From Trichoplax adhaerens (Eukaryota; Animalia; Placozoa), in the NCBI RefSeq assembly GCF_000150275.1, contig NW_002060976.1, forward strand, positions 253,626 through 317,625: a stretch of 64,000 bases of DNA, read 5' to 3'. The translations under genes and the position numbers were made by a program. The notes beneath the pieces were generated by a model that was not told the DNA's origin, ran no database searches, and saw only the letters and a list, made by a program, of their open reading frames with translations. This document shows, in pieces, positions 25,655-39,287 of the stretch; the stretch's first letter is position 1, and every line of letters starts with the position of its first letter.

Positions 25655-28600
25655 TTCAACTGTATTAAGCGTCACTAATATTCTGAAATTAGTACATGGA
25701 TAGCAGTAGGACCACCTTTTAAGATCAGTATGTTACAGTTATAATTTGGCATCCACTTATATATACTATATATATATTATATCAATATAATAAAATGGCA
25801 TAGGAGGGACTTCAATCGCTATATAACCAATAGTAGAAATTACGTTGTATTGAATATGTAAATCATAGCGGATGCAACGTAAGCAAATAAAACTAATGAT
25901 GACTGTGAATAAATTGTTACTTAGCGAAATTAATTCATTTACCATATACGCAGTAGACTAAGACTACTACTGAAATAAAACATTCAATAGTACGTCAATA
26001 ACTATAATAGTTTTCGACATCCGAAAGGATTTATTTTATCTTCAGATCAATGAATTTGAATCTTCGGGAAGGGGAGTGTTTTAAACATCTGTAATCAGTA
26101 TTTTGATTTATATTAGCCGGCAGAAAACGATTTTATAAGATTGAATGAGAAATGTGTTTGTTATATATCTTTACTCAATTTATCACGAAAAGAATTTAAT
26201 AAAAACAACCGTCTCTTGTTTTCTGGGACATCAATTGTTTACATAGGTCGATAACATTGTTATGATAATATTGTTGGGAATGATAGGCGTATTTATTAGA
26301 TTAATGGTTCTGATTAGAACGATAACAAATTAAAACGGAAAGTCAGGGAAACTAATTCACCTACATCTTATATTTCCTTCTTCCTAATCATCGATAATGT
26401 TACTACAAGAGTAGTGAGAATATTGATATCCAATTTTTTTATAAACGCTAGTTCTATGCTGTAAATGTACAGTATACAGGGAAAAATATGATTCAGATCA
26501 TATTCCCAATTTCTGTGGATTGTAGATTAGCAGAGATAGCTCGTAGTAGAGACGAGATGTAAATCTAGAAGCAAATTGATATTTTAAAACTGTATCAGTA
26601 GAATGTCAGTATATTTTTTTCTATTACAGTCAAGAATGATTTCATCACTATCAAACTAATCTTCAAGGCGGGCAAAAATTTAATTCGAATGAACATGGAG
26701 CACATGTTCACGTTGATAATTTACAATTTATTTGATTTGCTGGGATTAAAAACAAGATCGGTGTTAATATTCATGAAACGGTTAAGTAAACATCGTGTAA
26801 GTACAAGCTATTAAGCAGTAGCCTATTAAATTAATTTATTTATACTTCAAAGGATAGGCTACGATTGAAGTAGGAGATCGGTTTAATATTATTTACGGGT
26901 TAGTATGAAAAATTTTTATATAAATAAATTATAAATTAAATCAGTTGAAATATTCATATTTGTAGTTGATCATTTGCTTTGATTTTATTCGGCTGGATGC
27001 CATACTGACATTTCTAAAGCTGAAAGCACAATAATATTTTCGCTTGTATTCAACCATTAATACTAAGTAAAAAGAACTACTGGGGCCCCCGCAAATAGTA
27101 TAGCATCACAAACACATATACGTGCTCATCAACTGTGCAGTTAGTTCATTATTATTCGATAACCTGTTGCTATTCATTTTTGCATCATAATATGTAATTA
27201 AGCCCGTATGGTGATTCATATTGTATATTAATATATTCAGTAAAATCTTTTACGCTAATGTCACCAATTAATACAATGTATTACGTAAAGAAAAATCAAA
27301 TTGATGAAGTGATAAATACCGTATAAATAGCAGTATTAATGTTAATGACGTCTGAAAATCGAACAGTTTTCTAATAAATTATTTTAGCGATTGCGATAGA
27401 GATACCGACTTTAGCTGTACTTATAATCCACAAGCATGAGATGACTCTAATTATATTATAGACATGGAATAAATGGAAAGAAATCATGTTTTAACTACGT
27501 TGGCATCAAAATAATATTGAATGTCAAACATAATTAAAGGTATAGTTTTTGACTAATGTGATAATGCAATTTTTAAGGAGGATGATCTTTCTATTCTACT
27601 AAAGACTTCTCTATCCCAGTCAGGATTTTATCTGGAATGATTTTTATGCAAGATATTAAATATCCAACTATACCTTAATTTTAAACTTATGGTCTGTTCT
27701 GATCAGGGGGATTAAATAAAAAATACAAATAATACTACTTGACGTCTATACTTTAATTAGAAGGTATAATCTTTCCCTTAGAGCGAGTATGGAATCAGAA
27801 AGAGTGATCTTGTCATGAGTAGTATTAAATTTAATATTTTCCTATTGTTGGCATTTCAGTTATATTTTAATTGTCCCCTTTTATATGATTTAACTACGAA
27901 TTTTATTTAAATTGGCTTATTGAATGTGCCAGTTTTTAAACATCATGATGTTATGCTAATGAAATGTATCATTTATATTGGCATTTACAGTAGCAGGATA
28001 AAAACAACTTTCAGATCGCTTCTAATAGCTTGATATTAAATATGAAAAGCTATGATAGCATTTAAGCGTAGGCAACAATCTATTCACAGATAATTACTAT
28101 AGCGGCTATGCTTCACTATACTAAATTATCTTGGTGTATAGATTTGGAGATAATTAATTTACTTGAGCTCTGATTTTTGCGGTGCAGCATTCCAACTAAT
28201 ATTACTTACAGAGACTACCATTAATTAAGCTTTGAGATACTAGATTACTGTCAATCTACTAATCTCTAGTTATATAAATTGTGTCTAGCTTCGATTTTGT
28301 GATCGACAAAATATACGACTACATCACAATTTGAGATCATCTATTTTGAACATAATATTGTCTTTCGTTTAGGGTGCAAGCCTAAGATTGATTTCTAACC
28401 ACCACCAAACAATTATCGTGGACAAAATTCCGTACGAAAGTCTTCTATGACCCATCATGATTTACCACAAAACAATCTACCTTGACACTTTGTACATTCC
28501 TTGCATTAAGATAGCTATTAAATTAAGTGCGTAGCACTAGATTAGTGGTCGTTGTTAAAAGTCTACTATAATCAGAAATGCAGCATTAATACGGGCGAGT

Positions 28601-29006
28601 ACTAGCACAATCCGCAGCATAGTTAGTATCAGATACACACTGGTTACGATGATTACTTAGTCTGATTCAAATTCATAGACAATCATCATGATCCAATCAG
28701 TTATAGCTCAAATGGGGATCTAATAGTATTGCAAACCAACAAAATCTGATCCTGTCTCATTGAAAATTGAATTCATTTTATGAATCCACGAGGGGTTACT
28801 TCATGTCGCAGCGAAGTTGAAGCCTAATGTTATAATAATACATAAATGTGTAGATATTGTTGCAGTCAAGATTTTATTATCTAAATGGTATATTTGGACA
28901 TAAAATAGTCAACCAATCAAAATATGATCGCAGTCCCTGGCAGCATGTTGGTGCTGCATTTGGATATCATTCACTAAAAGTACCGCTGGAGAGCTTACTG
29001 TAATCG

Positions 29007-30604
29007 CTACAATATATGTCCGAGCTCGTTGAAGCCGTCGTGGTCAGAGCAAGATTTATACCATCTTTGAATATTATTGGGTAATGATCCTGCTATTCCA
29101 GATTGCTTGACAGCGGAAAATAGTACAATATCTGCTAGCGACACTCTATCACCAAGCAACCATTGAGATTTGCCAATTTTAGCGTTGATGTTGCGAAGTG
29201 TTGCATTTTGTTCACGATTATTGCCATTGAGCAAGCTCGTTTCGATAGAATCGAGTAAGGAATCAATTTCTGTTGACATCACAGCATCAGAATCATCGTA
29301 TAAGATAGGAAGAAATAAGCGACATAGATAACGTGCAATATTTCCATCGCCTACGATTGCCGTATGACTAACACCATCCACTTTCAAGATTGGACAGTCA
29401 TCTGCGAAGAAAGATGACGATGTTAGTGAAAAGATACAATGTCCAATTTTAAGTTTGTAATCCTATCCAAGCTAAGCGTAGTTAAAAAATATGCTTGTAT
29501 TGGTATTACATTGTCCATGTCATACGATGCATCGATTTTTTTAACTTACCGTTTGTTATCATGACTGATATAAGAATCCCTTGTCGTCTGGTATGAACTC
29601 CGGTATTATATCTTGCTAGCCATTTGCATGTATTGCTTGGTATTGCGCTTGTGAAGGAAGAGTGCAAATGCGTGGAGAAAGTACATTGGCGGCCACGCTT
29701 GACTAATAACTTTTGTAATATGACGGTTGAAAGAGGTAAAGCATTGGGTGACGACGTAATGACAACATTGACTGCCGCATTCTCCTAAAAGAGTGATGGT
29801 GATAATTTAAAATAGGTCAGTATCCAACGGCTTTCTATCCGCACAGACACCAAATGCACTTTAAGTGAAGGCAGGTTTATTACAAAGTGGTAGAAATTGA
29901 ATTAGCAAGACAACGTACGATAAGCAACCAACGTAACGGTTAAAACTATCACAATTTTACGGACCATTGTCGTGATTTGCATCTAAGATCATTACTATTT
30001 TTACCTCTGGCTCTGGAATCGTCACACCATGTTGTTGAGCGATCTTGTTGACTTTCAATTTTAAATCTTGAAGTTGAGCTAATAGATTCACTTGACGTTG
30101 TTCTAGCTGGCGTATATCCTCCATCATCTCCTATTGATTTCCAAGAATGCCATGACTCAACCAATGCATCAAGTTATATTTCTACAAAGTTAGCGTTAGA
30201 CGTTGTACTCTAGCAACTATAAAAATACGCTTTATTGCATCCATGCCTCGTTAGTCAGTTGGTGTTTCTATGGAGATTGGAAGCTATCCAACACTACAAA
30301 TGACTCACTCCCTATCGTACTACACTCGCTAAACACTATCCATTCATGTCAATACTTGGTTAAAGCCAACCAATAATACTGTTGTCATTTCAACGCGTTC
30401 TTACTGATCTACCGTCATCATCCTTCTATCTTGGCTATTTATATCACAACATACCTCTTCTTTTCCACTGTTTTCCTGCTTGCCGTGATGGCTATTCCTC
30501 TGTTGATGATCGCTATAAAAGCTATCCACCTTGTACATACAAGTCGGTAAATCGGTTGGTTGGGCGACCGATACTGGAGGATCAACTTCAAACATGGACG
30601 ACAT
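29007..30604 (-). CDS. AIMP2: Aminoacyl-tRNA synthetase complex-interacting multifunctional protein 2 (p38/JTV1), 4 exons
   Basis: Exons 30455-30604, 30005-30130, ~29550-29785 and 29007-29401. N-terminal LPTCMYKV signature; coiled coil LEQRQVNLLAQLQDLKLKV; VVITSSPNALPLS and HLHSS; GST-like C-terminus IVGDGNIARYLCRL, WLLGDRVSLADIVLFS, NIQRWYKSC. Confidence 0.93.
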
Positions 30605-30609
30605 ACTTG

Positions 30610-30910
30610 GCTTCAACCGGTTGATTCAGCGCGTGCTTCTAGCCAGTCAGTCTACAGCACGTCAGTCTACAGTACGGTACGTCCGTCGACGGTCAGATGC
30701 AGCGAGTGTTGTGAGATGCGGTTATAGTATGCGATGGTTATTGAGCATGAGCAGTACCAGATGCTTTCTGTCTCTAATCTCTCCAAGAGCATGCGTGATT
30801 ATGTACTGGACTGGTCTAGACCGTAACTGGACTGTTACTCAGTGACGCGACAGAATGAGAGTGCGTAGTTGCTCTTAAACGGCTAGACGGGAAGGTGCTT
30901 GCGTCATAGT
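30610..30910. promoter_or_regulatory. GC/CpG-enriched promoter region of AIMP2, possibly bidirectional
   Basis: GC and CpG content rise locally just upstream of the AIMP2 ATG. gtcagtctacag is repeated, and TGACG/CGTCA half-sites occur near 30844 and 30902. Confidence 0.4.
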
Positions 30911-33900
30911 GTGAAGAAAAAAACTTGAAAATGTTTTTTTCATTTTTTTTCCTCTATGGCTTGCGTACATATTGTGTTATTCCGTAATATTGTACATAGT
31001 ACATTGTTAACACAAGGACCAAGGTTTCTAGTACTGTAGTCCTTTATGTTATTTTGTGCTGGTTGCAGCTGATGTTATTGGTTCAAACATGGACTACGAC
31101 TAGGAAAAATACCTCGATAAGAAGTCGTTATGAAATTCATCTGGACGGACGGATGTTCAGCCTACTTTGATAGTCTTTACCGCATATTTCCTGATAATGG
31201 ATCATAAGAATCAATTCCAAAATTGCAAATATAATTTCCAGGAAAGACTATCACTTTGTTGTAAACATCATTGAATTATTATAATTAAATTCTGTGATAT
31301 CCAATTGATAAAGGTAAGAGAAAATATTAAATGCAGTACTTTTATAACGTCAGGCAATTGTTCATCAATTGATTTTGATAATTATTTTACCTGATGCATA
31401 CTAATAATTGTAATTACATATTCTAGATTAGTCATTGCTGTAAAAGTGCAGTTCGAGGTAGAAAATACGTAGTGCTCTATCATATTTTATGCCAATATTT
31501 TATATTATGCGTATATACGAATATTGACATAAAAATATACAAGTTAATGTCCTACTTCACTGTAATTTTTTCTCTTACAGTATGCTAAGGAGCTAAAGCA
31601 CCTAAGTAAAATATACTATTGATATAGATTTTATCACGTAATACGTCATTAAGTTTTGTAATGTTACCATAATGTATATCTTAATCATATATCATAATAG
31701 GATTGTACGCCTGCGAGATTCGTAACGGTATTAAAGGTAAAGTCCGTAAGCTATCCGTGAAGATAATTATGAATAGCGTATGTTGGTTTTAAAGCTGATT
31801 GGCTGTTTGGCATATTTATCTAGGTAGTAACTTCTAATTCATATTAGGCTTTGTGACATTCATTAATTAATGCATCATCAATATTATAATTTTGTTGTGT
31901 GATGAATCATATGTTGACACCTAGCTACTAATTAACTAATATTAAATGTCATAGAAAGTGTGTTGTGATTCTGGCTATAATAAGTATGTAGACTGGGTTA
32001 TTAATTAATTACTGTTTTTGCACCAACGAAGTTGGTGAGGATATATAAAGTCTCAAAGTTCTTAATTGAGAGTTAGTTACGTTAGTCGATGACAGATGGT
32101 TATCAGTTGCTAGTCGTAATTGTAAGTTGTGCGTTCAATCGGACATTTTAATAAAATAGCTTCTAGAATAAAGTTTTGATCCTTAACGTGAGTAATCTAT
32201 CGTCTAAGACTCGAATCTAAGTTTGGTTGATTAAAGAGTGCTTAGAGTTAGTTGCTTAGATAGTTAAGTCTACTTTAGAGGAAAGAATCCCGTTTAATTC
32301 TTGTGTTACAATCTCGGTTGTGACAGGCTTGCTATACGGTTTTATTAAAATGCGTATCATAAAGCTGGTATGTTTAGCATAAATCTGAAGAAAGATTAAT
32401 AGAACTAGAAAATAAATATTTATGACTTATAATAGCTAGAGTTGCATGTTGCTTTTGTGGAAAAGAAGTATCATACAAATTGTAAAAATGTGATAAAGTT
32501 CAGGCTAATAAAAATCTTTTTATAATTTAGTTCTTTAGTATGAACACGTATTATTATAATGTATAAGTAATTCCTGTATATAATTTTTAGGTGGATAGAT
32601 ATGTTTCAAAACTTATCTGTACTTTACGATGACGGTTTAGTTGGAAAAAAAGGAGGGCATTGTCATTCACGTTTTTATTTCTGATTTATGAATATAATGT
32701 TTTGTCTTTCATTTTATAGCTAGCTTATTATTTTCGATTATTTTCGTTGCTTACTGTTTCCAGCAGCATTAGTGAATGTAAACAGTTTGCAACTGTCTTT
32801 AAATGATTTATTAACCTCTTAACGTTTATGTTATTTACATCGTTGTAAGTAGTCAATTTTATGGATTTTGCTAGGAACTATTATTAAACACTTGGTAGAT
32901 ACCATTTTTTGAAATTTGCAGTAAAGGATGTCATTGCAATTTTTACAATTGTGTTAGCTTCTCTCAATCTAAAGATTTCTCATTGCATTTTCAATACGAA
33001 ACCTTCATTTGGCTATGGATCGTAATTATTATCATAAAATTGAAATGATAAAGAGCATTATTAAGAGCAGATAGCATGATATAATTATGTATAGTCCAAT
33101 AAATGATCAACAATATTATTAGGTTTTGTTTTTACTTATCTACTTTGCTAGCAACCATAACACTGGTATTTTATTTTATATTTCCAAAAGTTCAATTTGC
33201 TAAATTTGAGTTAGGTCATTTTTTACAATTGCTATACGTCGAATTATGTAAGAAGATATAATTTATTCTTATTGGTCTGCGGAATATTCTAGGAGTACTA
33301 CAGTTAAGATGGCACAATAATTTTGTTGCTATAACACCTCGGCCAGATTTCTTCAGTGATTATTAGTAGAATAATACTCTAGATAGGAGTATTTAGCGTT
33401 GTCGAATAATATAAGTATTTGCATAGATATTTTACAGTCTTAGGTATCAAACATAATTATCAACTCTAGCGTAGCCTGGGGTGGTATCCAGCTTCAACTG
33501 ATTTTCTAGTAAAGAGCTTACAATATGGAATGTAGTATTCTATTGCATGATTTTGTAAGAAATTGTGAGAGGTTAGAAATTAATTAAATCCAATTATCCG
33601 CTTTATCTTAGTCACTTTCGACTGCTCTTATTGGAAGGAAAAGTGATTATACGACGTGACAAGTCCAACTCTTAAAATATCCTATCATTACGACCTACTA
33701 CGGTATCAAACTATTAAATAAAATTGAAACTTGTGAATATTATTTCGTTCTGATGCAGTACAAGTCGGTGATTCACAGTCGCAATTACCGCTAAATCCGT
33801 TTCACTATTAATTTACTAGCAATACTTTTGCTATAGGGATCTTTGCAAAATTCCTAATTTAGATAGAGCATTGATCGCTAGTTTCGAATAGGAATTGCCA

Positions 33901-35245
33901 CGATAGTATCATTTCTAGATGTGACGCGCTAAATGATCTAATATGCTGAGTAATGTCACTACTCAAATGATAATAAATGGTAGTCAATTATTTTAATGAA
34001 CTATTGAATAGCACTTCTTTTCTGATATCGAATAAGGTACAATTGTGCTTTCGACAGATAATGGCATAAACTGCGATTTCTTGTAAAATTTTGCTTTACT
34101 ACATTTACTTTGCTAGTCTTAATTAACATATACTAACAGCTTATTCACTATGGCAATCTACAGTTACCTAAATGAAAGGCCTTTAACTACATAATATCAT
34201 TAATATCACAATATCTACCAGCAGCGAGTTATTTCATTCAATTATTGAATAGCTTACTTTTCCAATACTGTGTACTACATGATATCATTTATCTCACATT
34301 ACTGTATCGTCTAGAAATAGGTATTTAGAGTCTTAAACTGATTTTGAGGTAGCATTATACATGGATTAGCCATCCAAATACTTTTCATAATAATCATATC
34401 ACCGATGGCAGTATTTGTATTTCTTGCTTTCTAGTTTAGTTTAATTGAAGGAATATATGCTGTTCATTTAACCTTCCCTTTATTCCAGATTAATTAACAT
34501 GTGTAATGAAGATTGGTCAGTCATTTGCACTATATAGATAGATTATTGACCTTATTATCTCTCGTATAGCTCTTTAAGTTTCTTAATCGTTGTTAGTACC
34601 AGCGCATCTTAAGAGTAAGATAAGCTAAGATTATAGTTCTGTAATATACCTAAACGATTAAGCATAGGAACTTAAGATGATCACTTTATAGCGTTTGCCG
34701 ATTTGCTATATTCTTTTTCAAATGACAATTGTGATAACTGTAACCAAATTTTTGCAATTGCTATTGATTTATTCTATTTTCTTGAATTTTCAAATTAATT
34801 ACATCAGGTATGAAACCCAATTTTTATGTTAAGTGCTATTACTATTTCCATTAGTTTTAAAGTTTTAATCCAAGAATTGAATATCGGCGATAAAATCAAC
34901 AAATATATTCATGGACTCATTCATACTGATTATGGTTAGTTAGATACGAGTACTATCCATTAGCTTCAGAGCAACCCATAGAAAACTTCACTTCAAGTTA
35001 CTAAACTCCAAATAGTATGCCACTTGTAAGCTATACAAGGTCATACGCTCTTTTAGATCAGAAAATATGCAAACCCAACATTATTTATTCATAGTCTGTG
35101 CGTTACTGGTAAACAGTACGTACCGACGAAGTAAACAAAGAAGAAATGTTTTGTACTGTAAGCAAATATTTACCTTTCCGTTACTGTTTGAATTCGTAAT
35201 TTTAAATACATAATATTTTTGAATGCCTTCGATTGAATTCATCAA

Positions 35246-36534
35246 CTATGTAGTATTTAATCTGCCTCTTGATGTAACAATATCGCTACTAGGTGCAACC
35301 CCACGTCTTTTAGATTCAAAATTAGCACTTAAAACCATGAATAGAACTGGATTAACAGCCGCGTTCAGATATAGTAACAGGACCAAAGTAGGAAATAAAT
35401 CAGTTTCTTCTGGCTTATAGTTTGGTATAAATTGGCCAAGAATAGAAAATATCATGATAGGCAAATATGTAAATACATTGGTAAATACAACAGAAGCCAA
35501 TATAAGACTAACACGTTTTTCAATGCGAGAAGATGAATTAGATTTGAATAATGATCTGGATTGCTTCAATTTCATGCATATTATAATATACAATATCATT
35601 GATGTAGTATGCATGCTAAAGCCCAAAAATAATTCAATATACAAAACTGCTAGTACCATAAAGCCCTTTGAGGAATCGGTATTACAGAATTGTCCAAGTA
35701 TGTCAAAACGAGTTGAGTGATGTACAGTTGCACCATGCGCTGAAAGTAGGCCAATCGTGAAAGCAACAATAAAACCTAAAAGCCAAAATATAGTAGCGAC
35801 GACACGAGCATCTTTGATTGTAATTTTGCGACGACTATGGGGAAATACAACCAAGATATATCGATCAACTGCTACTATAAACGTCATTGAGATTGATATA
35901 ACTAGGGACAGTTGGCTCAGAATTCTTTCCATAGTACATGTAGGGCTAATTATCCACTCATTTTCGATACTGGAATAATTAGGGTATGGTCCATACTTAT
36001 TTCGATAGTAGTTGGTGTAAGAGCTATCGCTAATAGCCAAAATTACTAAGTATAAACTGCTGACCAAGTCACCAAGGCTTAAATTAAACAGCAAAAAGAT
36101 GGATGGATTTCGACTAATGAGAAGTCTATAGCGATTATTCACTATTAAATATTTTGTAAAAATTGTCTTAGATTTATGGTAATTTAGTAGAAGTAATTCC
36201 GCAATAATGATAATATTGCAGGGCAAACTAACTAAACCTAACGACCAACATAGTCCACGAACAATATTATAGTGAAGAAATACTGAATAAGAACTGTAAT
36301 TCAACATTTTATCGTTATCGTTATTAAACTACTTATCGTTATGTTGATATTGCAGAAGATAGACAATGGTAAAACGATCAAACCAAAGTATTGCGTATCG
36401 AAAATGTCGTAAGTTAAGTTCTTTTCGGTAAATATAAAACAGTCCAGGATCAGAACACTGTAAGACAGTGTAATATTGTATTCTAAGTTGATGATATATT
36501 TAGTAATGTCTACCGTAGGTGTTGTGTTCAACAT
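35246..36534 (-). CDS. Intronless class A GPCR with an LGR/RXFP/GRL101-like 7TM and no LRRs; N-terminal ectodomain in a different frame
   Basis: ORF 35246-36307 contains VRGLCWSLGLVSLPCN (TM1), LFNLSLGDLVSSLYLVILAISD (TM2), WIISPTC, VAVDRY, VVFTNVFTYLP and LNAAVNPVLF. The upstream ORF 36301-36534 overlaps it at ATGTTGA and has four N-x-T sequons. Confidence 0.9.
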
Positions 36535-39287
36535 GTGATAGATATACTCGTTAGAAGCTTAAGTATTAAATATAGCTAGCTTAGAAGCTGTAATCCTTTT
36601 GAAGAGGAGCGTTACAGTGCTCACACTAGAGCTTCACATGAAAGGTGTAAACTAGCCTGTATTTGAGATGCTAATACTGAAGTGTGTAGTAAGTAAGGTG
36701 CTAAGACTGTAAACGCGGAAAGGTATATAAGCGAGTAGTTTAGTATAGTAAGCTAGTTCTTTCTCGTTAGAGGTCCTCAGCTAATTGATTACGTTGTATC
36801 TTCATAAAGGAGGTTTTGTTCAATAAATCTTAATTTACTAAAGTTTTTTGAAGATTCTTGATCTATCAACCTCACAAACACCCAGCGCAAAATTCAGATA
36901 GATTGTCAAGTATCATATAATAAAATCTGACGGTAATCTTAATCACTATTAGTAGTAGTAGTAGTAGCAGGTCAGCTATTTTATTAATGAGAAAGAAAAA
37001 AGGTGATGCCAATTTCGGAACTGTGATACATAAACAAAATTGCAAATAGATGCTTACTTCAAAGCTGTTACTCTTCAGATTTTTATGCTATAAATCGGAC
37101 TGTATAAAATTTCAATCCAGGATTAATGCTTTTGATTCAATCAAGTCGACGTGTATTAAATCGACATACTGTAATAAGAAAAAGGTTGATAGATAAGATC
37201 TATAAATTAACAACAAATATCTGAATTGTCACTTTTTACTATAGCAACCTATAACTCACAATTTTGAATCTGTTTTCCAAACTGAATAGGCTATTCCAAT
37301 AATTAATGAATACTTAATCAATTCATAAATTTATAAAAGGATGCTATTAATAATTAAAGAATAAAGACGTAAATTCTATTATTAATTAAATACTACCTAA
37401 GCTATTACTCTGAATTATCATCTTACATAATGACCTTTCCTAAGATTGAATGTATTAACGGTAAATGCATAGAAATACTACTTGGTTAAGTATTGACCAT
37501 AATTTACCAATTATACTGTGATACTGATAGAAACGCAATAATAGCGCACAATATAATACGAGTACAGTCATCTTTATTAAATACTTCTGTCACTACTTGA
37601 CATAAAATATAATATTTCTATCTTTAAAGGCGCTCACCGGTTAAGAATATCGAAAACTGCCACAATAGTCTATTATGCACTTATCCTATAAAAAGTATTA
37701 CATGTTTTTATAATAACTGTGATAATTATCAGTGTTGAACAAATTATTTATTCTATTTCTGGTTGATCTCATTGCCAACAGAAAGATAAGCAATTGAATT
37801 TTTATAAAAATAGAAAAATTAATTCCATAGTATACCATAAATTTTAATGCTTAGCCATTTAAATTACACATTAAAATTATCAATTTTAGACGAAGCTTAA
37901 TCCAAGACTATCTATTCATAAATAATTCATAGCATGGTCAAATAAAATAATCTAACTTATGTTAAATTTTATATAACTGTAGCAAAAACCCGTTCTACTA
38001 ACTGTAATTAAAGTGTAGCTCACAAAAGTAATTTTAGAATAGCGGATTTTATTACTGGTTCTCTATCTATTGAGATACTACGCAAATTATAGTACAACAA
38101 GCTCTGACAGACAAGGAAAACTTCGTTTAACAGCAGATCTTAGAAAAGAAGGACTAAGATCGACAATGATAGAAAAGCGTAGCTGCTTAAATATATTATC
38201 TAACTTGCTTGCAACATGATAATTGCGAAAAACATAATTCAGCAGTGATAAAGTGTCTTCTCAAAAATACAACACGAACTACAGTTTCTTGTAAACTTCA
38301 CTTTATTAAATAAGATTAGAATCGTCTCATGACTACTAAGGACTATCTAGCTTCAATAGGACTATCTCAGGACTATTTTTTACAGCGATAGCTCGCGGTT
38401 TATATATCCTTTGTTACAGAATAAATTATACATATTGCAATCATATCTTGCCAATTAAGTCGCAAAATAAGAGTTTATCATCGCGTGAGCTATTCCATTA
38501 TTTACGTGCCTAATTAAAGCACCATATTCATAAAAACTATACTAATCTTGTAGAACAGTCTTATCCCTGTGTGACCGTAAGTAGTATAGAACTACCATAC
38601 AGTAGAACTCCAGGTGTAAAGGAGCAAAGCATAAGTAATCTATTAGTTTAGTGTAGTAGTTCGCAACATAAGTTTGTGATATTTACTCATAATATTTCCG
38701 AGCTTGACTTATACCCAGTAAACTTTCTGTAAACTCTGTATGTGTAATGCTATACGCTTTGTATGTACTTAACAATACGTAAGCCTTCGATCACGCAAAA
38801 AGTAATAGAATTCGGATCGCACAACTAATGTGCACATTTTAGTCTTACTATAACGTAATCCCTAAGGGAATAAAGTCCATGGAAACAAGTTGCCTTACTT
38901 TTCTAAGTACAATAAATAGTGACTCAATGCGTCTAGGTAGTTGCAGCTGAATGAATGTCTTTTGTCCGTTGGATTAGTAATTATCGTCAACCTATTGATT
39001 CTATCAGTAATTAAGTAGAATGATTGCCGTAAGATTTTTTATTTCTAGATTTAACGTGCGTGAGTAGAATCTTTAACGAGATAGTATTTGATATTTAGAT
39101 GTGTCCCTTTCAGTTAGTCTCTTCATTTCATAGGACACATATATTGGTTTACTTTTGACTTTTAGTTTAAAACTTAAAACTCATTCGCAGCGCTAATTTT
39201 AAAGGTTAAGTTACCATTCAGTAATACTAAACAAGCTCCAAAAAATCTGCACTTTCTAAATTCAGCTGTAAAATTCATTCACTAATC

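Noticed and set aside
31850-32700. C/D-box snoRNAs
   Set aside because: Only isolated TGATGA or CTGA words were seen, with no terminal stem or recognisable rRNA antisense element.
35223-35978. Plus-strand ORFs at 35223, 35454 and 35757, and similar ORFs at 9348, 13413, 30382, 30531 and 57225
   Set aside because: They are antisense shadows of real coding exons or promoter DNA, with no recognisable domains.
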